From contig NW_021824230.1 in the NCBI RefSeq assembly GCF_006345805.1, forward strand, positions 1 to 19,445: a stretch of 19,445 nucleotides of DNA, given 5' to 3'. Position numbers and translations under genes: made by a program. The notes under the pieces were generated by a model. The model had not been told where the DNA came from, ran no database searches, and saw nothing but the letters and a program-made list of their open reading frames with translations. Source of the stretch: Octopus sinensis (Eukaryota). Positions 1 through 8,457 of the stretch are shown here, piece by piece; positions within the stretch are counted from its first letter, which is position 1; every line of letters begins with the position of its first letter.

Positions 1-1155
1 TTCTAGTCGACCCCCATAGTCGAGGCCTGTCATGCCATCTATCTTTCTTTGATTGTCCTTTGAGGTGCTTCAACTTTTATGATACTTTGTATTGTGTGGG
101 GAGACCACAGTGACAACATTTTCAAGGTGGGGTCGGGCAAAAGTGGAGAAGAGAAGGATAATGGTGTGGATATCTCTCGACTGGAAAGTTCTGAGAATCC
201 AGGAACACATTCTGCGGGCCATGTCAACTTTGGTGTTTATATGAGTGTCCAGCTTATGTTGCTGTCCACAATTACTCCCAAGTCTCTGATGTTGTTGGAC
301 GCCGCAGAGTTTTCACCCTGAAGGAAGGGAGTATGGGAGTTTCAAGGGCATCCTCTTTTCCAAAGTGGATTAACTCAAATTTATCCTCGTTCAGCAGCAT
401 ATTTTTTTTTTCTGCCCATTGGATAACAGCCAGTAGATCTACTGAAGGCATGTCCGGTCACTCGCCTCATTTATGACCTTCTGTAGCGTGGAATCATCTG
501 CAAAGATTTTTATGTTGCTGTGCTTGATGATGTCATTGATGTTATTAATGTAGATGATGAAAACAAGTGGGCCCAGCACAGTGCCTTGCGGAACGCCACT
601 ACTGACTTTGGCTGGGCTTGATTTTACCCCTTCAACTACAACATGTTGAGATCTGTCTGTAAGGCAACACTTGATCCATTTCAGTAACTTTCCAGAGACA
701 CCAATGTTGGATAGTTTTTTCAATAGGATCTTGTGATCGACCCTGTCGAAGGCCTTACTGAAATCAAGGTAGATGACATCGGTGTTGGAGCCCTCTCCCA
801 AAGCTCTCAAAATGTCATCAAAGTGATGCAGGAGCTGCGTTAGGCAGTCCCTTCCATTACGGATCCCATGTTGATTAGAGATCAGCCGTCTGTTGCTTTC
901 CAGAAATGGGTTATTCGAGATCTCACCACCCTCTCAAATACCTTGATATGAGAGGTGAGTGAGATCGGACGGTAGTTCCCTGCAAGGGACTTGTTTCCTT
1001 TTTGAAACCTGGGACAACAGACTGGGACAGAAGGTTTTTTGGAATATAGCCAGCATCCAGTGAGTTTCTCCACAGATTAGCAAGGGAGATGCAAGTTGGT
1101 GTCGACACACACTTCAGGACACAAGCAGGGAACCTATCGGGGCCTACTGCTGAAT
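1..1155 (-). mobile_element. LINE 1: decayed, 5'-truncated CR1-group non-LTR retrotransposon fragment (RT); continues beyond the left edge
   Basis: Across several frameshifts the minus strand reads GPDRFPA...NYRPISLTSH...YLDFSKAFDRVDH...SGVPQGTVLGP...IFADD...WAEKKNM...RDLGVIVD...WILRTF...LWSP. ORFs 39..227, 439..810, 882..1073 and 923..1108 are pieces of it. Confidence 0.92.
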
Positions 1156-1183
1156 TGTGTTTTATTTCATTTCTCCGCTAAGA

Positions 1184-1259
1184 CATACATATATATATAT
1201 ATATACATTATATATATACATATATATATACTATAATATATATATATACATATATTATA

Positions 1260-1293
<34 letters not shown>

Positions 1294-3014
1294 CATATAT
1301 ATACAGATATATATATATATACATATATATATACATACATATATATATACGTATATACATACATATATATGTACATTATACATACATATATATATGTACA
1401 TATAACATACATATATATTACATATATATACATATATATATAACATATATACATACATATATATTATACATATATACATACATATATATGACATATATAC
1501 ATACATATAATATATATACATTATACATACATATATATATATATACATATATACATATATAATATATACATATATATATATACATATACATATATACTAT
1601 ATATATACATATATACATATATATATACATATATACATATATACATATATATAACATACATATATACATACATATATACATTATATATACATACATATAT
1701 ACATACATATATACATATATACATCATATATACATATATACATATATACAATATATATATACATACATATATACATATATATATACATCTATACATATTA
1801 TATATATATATATACATATATATTATATATATATATATAATATTATATATACATAAATATATATATACATATAATATATATATACAAATATATATATATA
1901 TATATAATCTATATATATAATATATATAACATATATATATATATACTACATATATACATATATATATACATATATACATATTATATAATATATATATACA
2001 TATATAACATATATATATATACATATATATATACATATATACATATATATATATATATACACACTTATATATATAACATATATATAATATATACATATAT
2101 ATATATACATACATATATATATCATATTATATATATACATATATATATATACTATATATATACATATACATATATATATATACATGTATATATATATACA
2201 TATATATATATACATATATATATACATATTACATATATTTATATATATACATGTCTATATATATATCTATATATATATATACCTATATATATATATACAT
2301 ATATATATATATACAATATACATATATATATATATATATATATACATATATCATGTATATATATAACCACATATATACATATATATATATATACATATAT
2401 ACTTATATATATATATATACATATATATATATACTTATATATATATATATACATATTATTTATACATATATATATATAATATACATATATATTTATACAT
2501 ATATATATATATATATATACATATATATATACATATATTATATATACACATATATATATACATCCTATATATATACATACATATTATATATATATACATA
2601 CATACATATATATATATATATACATACATAATATATATATATACATATATATATATACATACATATATATATATATCTATACATACATATATATAATAAC
2701 ATATATATATATACATATATATATATACATTATATATATATATATATATACATATTATATACAAATATATATATATACTATTATATTATACATCTACATA
2801 TATATATATATACATAAATATATATACATATATATACATATATACATATACATATATATACATATATACATATATATATATATACATATATATATATCAT
2901 ATATATATATATATCCATATAATACATATATATAATATATATATAATATATATATATATATTATATAATATACTATTTATATATCATATATATTATATAT
3001 AGGTATATATATGT

Positions 3015-3056
<42 letters not shown>
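1184..3056. repeat. About 1.9 kb compound (TA)n / (TACA, TATACA) microsatellite, C-interrupted on the + strand
   Basis: Read directly: almost only A/T with interspersed C. Source of the spurious MYIYIY ORFs. Confidence 0.98.
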
Positions 3057-3060
<4 letters not shown>

Positions 3061-3130
3061 GGAGAATGGCGATTTGTCGTCTATATCTAGCATGTTGACT
3101 GTCCACTTTTTCGTGTTCAGTCCTTAATTG

Positions 3131-3131
3131 G

Positions 3132-3162
<31 letters not shown>

Positions 3163-3253
3163 GTATGTATATATATATGTGTTTTTTTATATATATATGT
3201 ATATATATATGTATATATATGTATATATCTATATATGTATATCTATATATATG

Positions 3254-3284
<31 letters not shown>

Positions 3285-3339
3285 GTATATATATTATGTA
3301 TATATATATATATGTATATATATATATTGTATATATATC
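3131..3339. repeat. (TA)n / (TATG) microsatellite, G-interrupted on the + strand
   Basis: Read directly. Confidence 0.95.
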
Positions 3340-3512
3340 AACTATTGAGGGTAAATTAATTAATTAATCAATTTCACCAAGTGTTCAGTATGTAAGTGGA
3401 GAAATTTTCTTTAAGTAGTAGAAATGCTAAGAAATTTTTTTTGGCTGCTATTTCTAGTAAGTTCAGTATGTGGCAAAGTAATTTATTTTACTAAGCCCTA
3501 ATTATATAATGT

Positions 3513-3633
3513 TATATGTATATATATATATATATATGTATATATTATATATATCTATATATATATATATATGTTATATAATATATATGTATATTTATAT
3601 ATATGTATATATATATATATGTATATTATATAT
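3513..3633. repeat. (TA)n microsatellite abutting the 3' tail of LINE 2
   Basis: Read directly; runs straight into (GATT)n at 3634. Confidence 0.93.
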
Positions 3634-5178
3634 GATTGATTGATTAATTGATTGATTCTAGTTTCAGCTTATGAGCTGTGGCCATGTTGGGGCACCGTCA
3701 TTTTGTGTTGCTACTTGGTTTCACTTCACGAAAGCTTTCTAGCAACTGCTATTTGGTGCATGAGAGAGTTTGATGCAGCTGCCCTCATCTGCCCCTCCTG
3801 CCGTGAAGTTGGTTCATCTGGGACACCTGACAGGAAGAGATCCAGCTTCATTTTAAAGACATCTGCATCCACCCCATGCAGGTCTCTCAGGTTCTTCGGG
3901 AGGATATTGAAGAGCTGTGGGCCTCGGAAGCCCAGGCTATCACAGAATCTAGTCCTACATCTTGATGGCAGGTTTGGAGTCCTAGGCACCACGCAGTGGC
4001 GCCCAGTTCTGGCATTTGCGTAACTCTCGATGCCAAAGTTCAGGACACTTCCCTCCAGGATCTTCCAGATGTATATTATGGCATATCTTTCCCGCCTACG
4101 CTCCAGGGAATATAGTTTTAATCTCTTGAGTCTTTCCCAGTAGCTTACATTCTGCATAGAGGCTATCTTCTTCGTGTAGCTACGTTGGATCGCCTCGAGC
4201 TCTGTGATCAACTTGACACTGGATGGTGACCATAACTGAGAGCAGTAGTCAAAGTGGCTTAGGACAAGTGTCCTCCAGAGGACCATCATGGTTTCTTGTT
4301 CTCTTGTTCTAAATGTTCTGAGGATCCATCCGGCCAGTCGTCTACATTTCATTGCCAATTTAGCAACATGTACACGAAAGGTCGCGTCATCACTCATGTA
4401 AATACCCAGGTCACGCACTGATTGTGCCTCTGGGATTGCTATTCCTCCGGGTCCAGTGTATTCATTGGGTATTGCATTTAGTTTTGCATGCTGATAGTAT
4501 AGAGCTTGAAACTTTTCAGCATTGAACTGCATGCTATTCTTTTCGGCCCACTTGTATATTTTGTCTAGCTCACATTGCAGGTGTTTAGTGTCCTCGGGGT
4601 TCTGTATTGCCTGTGAAACTTTTGTATCATCTGCATAACTTCTGATCGTGGCTCTCTCCGTGGCTGAGGGCATGTCTGAGAGGGCCATTATGAACAGTAG
4701 TGGTCCCAGAACTGTGCCCTGCGGAAACACCGCTCACTATTTGCGAGTTAATGGAAGTGGCCCCATTGGCCACTACTACCTGACTTCTATCTTTCAGAAA
4801 GTCATGAAGCCATTCTCCCAGTTTTCCAACTATGTTGAGATCACGCAGTTTGTGACATATCATTCCATGATCGACTTTATCAAAGGCCTTTGCAAAGTCG
4901 AGATATATCACTTCCACATTTGAGTGGTTGAGCATCCGTTTCAGCACCCAGTCATAGTGTTGTAGGAGCTGAGTTAAACAGCTTCTCCCTAGTCGGAAAC
5001 CATGTTGGGTGTCGGGCAGCAAGTCATTCTCTTCAAGGAAGGTGATCAGCTTCCTTCTGACTATTCGTTCCATGACCTTGCTGATGTGTGAGGTCAGAGA
5101 GATAGGTCTATAGTTCTTGGCTTCCGCTCTGCTACCTCCTTTATGAATGGGGCATATTTTACCTTCCTTCAGTTTTCT
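3634..5178 (-). mobile_element. LINE 2: young, 5'-truncated CR1-group non-LTR retrotransposon with RT C-terminal part, stop codon, short 3'UTR and (AATC)n tail
   Basis: Minus strand: RKLKEGKICPIHKGG...NYRPISLTSH...QHGFR...[13 protein letters not shown]...SGV[+1]PQGTVLGP...SYADD...HFDYCSQLWSP...SLERRRERY... with TGA at 3726-3728. Only one lesion seen (extra base in AAA at 4725-4727). Tail on + strand is GATT GATT GATT AATT GATT GATT (3634-3657). Confidence 0.95.
3726..5178 (-). pseudogene. ORF2 reverse transcriptase of LINE 2 (5'-truncated, one frameshift)
   Basis: ORFs 4627..5073 and 3726..4730 join by removing one base at 4725-4727. The frame stays open upstream to the TA junction at 5178. 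Confidence 0.9.
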
Positions 5179-5209
<31 letters not shown>

Positions 5210-5216
5210 GTATATA
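5179..5216. repeat. (TA)n tract at the 5' junction of LINE 2
   Basis: Read directly. Confidence 0.93.
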
Positions 5217-5393
5217 CTACAAAATTAGAAAATGGAGAAACATACTTAAATCAATAAAACATCAACTATCAGATGATACCCAATCAATACTTTATTACAC
5301 CATTACATATCAGTAAAGGCATTATAAAAATATACAGTAAATGTAAATAGACAAAGAGATATAAGTTACAATTTCAAATATAATATGTAATTA

Positions 5394-5517
5394 AATCAAA
5401 TCTGACAGCTGTTTCGGCAGCGAGGGCAGTCATACCTCATTTAACCTATAAGCCATAAAGGCAGGTATAAATGAGGCATTAACAAGGATGCCCCACGGTC
5501 TCTTCAGAGATTAAATT
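5394..5517 (-). ncRNA. Type I hammerhead ribozyme motif with palindromic stem III (Penelope-like-element type) and a long stem II; predicted cleavage after GUC, between 5404 and 5403
   Basis: Minus strand: AAUCU-CUGAAGA (5507-5501)-G...long hairpin...C-GAAA (5415-5412)-C-AGCU-GUC (5406-5404)-AGAUU. Stem I is AAUCU/AGAUU. The G10.1-C11.1 pair is present. ACAGCUGU is a palindrome. Two G.U pairs in stem II form only on the minus strand. Confidence 0.8.
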
Positions 5518-5684
5518 TGTATATTGTGAAAAAAATTTTTTATCCATATACATATAAATATAAAAATATAAAAATGTAAAATATAAAAACTTATGCATAA
5601 ACTTCATAATGCTACACTTATATAATATAATACTCATTGGTACAATAATGCAAGGTGCAAAATAAACAGAACAAAATAAAACAA

Positions 5685-5871
5685 AATATATATCAGTGTA
5701 TATATTAATATTAATAAGCACAGTTATTATACATATTTGGCTAATAGTTTTTAAAAAAAACTAACACATAGGGAGATGAAAAATAATAATTAAAATTTTT
5801 TTTAAAAACTTTTAGCCAAATATGTATAATAACTGTGCTTATTAATATTAATATATACACTGATATATATT
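5685..5871. repeat. 76-bp inverted repeat (5685-5760 / 5796-5871), one mismatch, 35-bp spacer
   Basis: Arms aligned base by base; the only mismatch is T5745 against T5811. Confidence 0.95.
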
Positions 5872-5874
5872 AAT

Positions 5875-7605
5875 TCTGACCGTCGAATCAAGAACAGAAT
5901 TCCGCGTGCTTTGTTGGCAGCATGGACGCACTGGGCCGAAGGCGAAAAGGAGGAATCCACCAAGATACCCAGGTCCTTTACCTGATCGGTCCTCTCCAGC
6001 AGCAGTTGAGTTGCAGGAGTAGAGCCGACAGGCAGATGACAGCACTTTGACACGTTCAGACACAGGTCCTAATCGTTAGACCACTTCCAAATTTGGTGGA
6101 GGCATCGACGAAGATCCTCTATATTACCGCGAGGAGCGACCAGTTTTGATATCATCGGCAAATAGAAGGGTGTGTTGCGTGAGGTCGTCGGGCAAGTCAT
6201 TTATGAAGACTAAGAACAACAAGGGCCCAAGCACTGAACCTTGAGGCACGCCACTGCTCGCACTGGAGACGTCGGACCGCGAACCATTAACTTGGACTTG
6301 GAAGGAGCGATCTGAGAGGAAGGCACCAACCCATCGTACAATATCCGGATGGAAACTATATGCTTGAAGCTTGACAAGTAATAAGCGGTGGTTTACCGAG
6401 TCAAAAGCTTTGGCAAAGTCCAATAAAACGATGTCAACAGCATCACTATCATCGAGGATGCGCGTCACCAATTCTTCCATTACTAGTAAGTTGTCAAGCA
6501 TGATCTCTTCGGCACGAAGCCGTGTTGGGAATCAGAGATAGAGGCTGTGTTTAGGAGGTGGAGCATCATACTTTTCTTAAGGATGGTTTCGAACATCTTG
6601 CTGATTATTGATGTAAGGGAAACCGGTCGGTAGTTAAGCGTCTTCGCGGCTCCCTTTCTTGAAAATTGGGCAGATTATCGCTGTTCTCCAGTCTGCAGGT
6701 ATAACACCCGTCGCCAATGACATATTGAATAGTCGTGTTAAGGGCTCGCAGATGACTGGAGCCAACGCTTTGATAACCCGTGGGTGTATGCCGTCAGGGC
6801 CGTGACCCTTGTTGACATCGAGGCCTTGAATAACACGTTTGACTTCGTCCCGCGTGATGACCAATCGAAGCATTGGAGGTACCGATCTATCAAATGGAGG
6901 GGGTTCACGACCATCATCTTGTTTGAGAATAGTTGAAAAAGCCTCGGTAAATAATTGACTCTGTTGATAAGGGTCCTCAATCGATACGCCTGTTGAGTCT
7001 ACCAACGTTGCAATCTGGTTGTTTAAGCGGGAATTCCGCTGGACATGGGCAAAGAAGGTTTTTGGATTGCTACTGGCATTTGCCGCGATTTTGTATTCAT
7101 AACTGAAGCGTTCTTTCTTTTCAATTTTCACGGCTCGGTCTCGTTGAGTTTTGTACACCTCAAAAGCTGCAGTCGAATCCAGATTTTTGAATTCAGCCCA
7201 AGCAATATCTCTGAGTCGACGTTCTCGTTTAACCTTCTTCGTCACCCAGGGCTTGTGTTTCTTCCTCCTGGGAAGCCCAACGGGAACTGCCTGGTCAGTC
7301 AAACAGATTACATATGCTTTGAGGGATGACCATAGTTCGTCAACTGAGGACAACATCATCAGGGATCGCCAGTCCAGAAGCGCGGAAGCCTCGGTTAGAA
7401 TTTCAAGATTAATTGCAGAGAAGACTCTACGTGGCAACGAAGTAGTCGTGGGCGTAGGAAAAGTTGTGTGCATGACGAACTTCAGGACCGCATGATCACT
7501 CTTGGCAAGAGGGGCGCACACGGATACGTCTGACACTGATCTTGGATAGCGGGAGAATACCAGATATAGCATAGATGGCTGCTGCCCAGACCGATGCCTT
7601 GTCGG

Positions 7606-7607
<2 letters not shown>
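5875..7607 (-). mobile_element. LINE 3: CR1-group non-LTR retrotransposon fragment (end of APE endonuclease, linker, RT), truncated at both ends
   Basis: Minus strand: PTRHRSGQQPSMLYLVF...PLAKSDH (endonuclease C-terminus)...KPW...GPDGIHP...WRTAIICPIFKKG...NYRPVSLTS...QHGF...[12 protein letters not shown]...[11 protein letters not shown]...FADDIK...KDLGILVD...IRRS. Frameshifts near 6635, 6497 and 6145 and an in-frame TAG at 6069-6071. Confidence 0.93.

Positions 7608-7608
<1 letters not shown>

Positions 7609-7651
<43 letters not shown>
7609..7651. repeat. Pure (TA)n tract at the 5' junction of LINE 3
   Basis: Read directly. Confidence 0.95.
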
Positions 7652-7655
<4 letters not shown>

Positions 7656-8143
7656 TATCAAAATACATTGGGATATTACTGCAGTCTAGAGAAAGCACTA
7701 AAAAATCAATTTGATTTCTGACTGTAAATACTTAAAAGCAAATATTATTCGAAGCTGATATTCACAAAATATTCATAAAAAGTTCTTGTACTTGTCAGTC
7801 AAAGGACCAAGTGTTGAAAAGTGACAAAATATAATAAATTTGTTTTATAAATAGCGTTAAAAATTCAACTTCTTGGGAAAGAAATATTGTTTTTGAATTT
7901 AACACGTCGATTGTATCATAAAAATTAAATCTCATGCAGTCAGCTGTTATTTGTGAACCATAACATAGATATGTTGCATATGCGGGATGTTAACTGTTTC
8001 AACCCAGAAACGCATTCCTGTCATTTTTAGTTACGCATTCACATTATTTTTCATTACTTTATATCACATAATTCTATTTCGTATGACGTCATGTTCTTTA
8101 TGTGTTTCAGAATTATAAACTACTGCGTTATTTCTTTGAACAG

Positions 8144-8457
8144 GTGCATTCTTAATACCATACACCTTGATGCTTGCTATAGAAGGTATTCCGATATTTT
8201 TTTTGGAACTTGCATTAGGACAACGAATGCGGAAAGGGGCTATCGGTGCTTGGAATCAAATAAGTCCATTCATGGGCGGTATTGGAATATGCTGTGCAAT
8301 AGTTTCCTTCATCGTTGGACTCTATTATAACACGATCATCGCTTGGTGCCTTTACTATCTGTTCCTCAGTTTTCGAAGCCATTTACCATGGGAGAAATGC
8401 CCTTCCGTACAAGTTGGAAAATACAAGAATGAAAGCCGTTTAGTTGAAGAATGCAGA
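8144..8457 (+). CDS. SLC6 exon A (TM2-TM3 and start of EL2)
   Basis: ttgaacag|GTGCATTC ... TGCAGA|gtaagt; 314 nt, phase 1 to 0; (G)[36 protein letters not shown]...YYNTIIAW...LPWEKCP...EECR. Confidence 0.95.

Noticed and set aside
1157-3367. Many Y/I/M/C-rich ORFs on both strands (also 18991-19246)
   Set aside because: Translations of TA microsatellites, which lack stop codons by composition.
3652-4923. + strand ORFs 3652..4023 and 4648..4923 (also 79..321, 7045..7329, 7151..7495)
   Set aside because: Antisense shadows of LINE RT frames with no recognisable motifs.
6634-7698. 354-aa ORF as an intact gene starting at 7698
   Set aside because: The N-terminus is TA repeat (IYIYIY); the real part is a truncated LINE ORF2 that ends at a frameshift.
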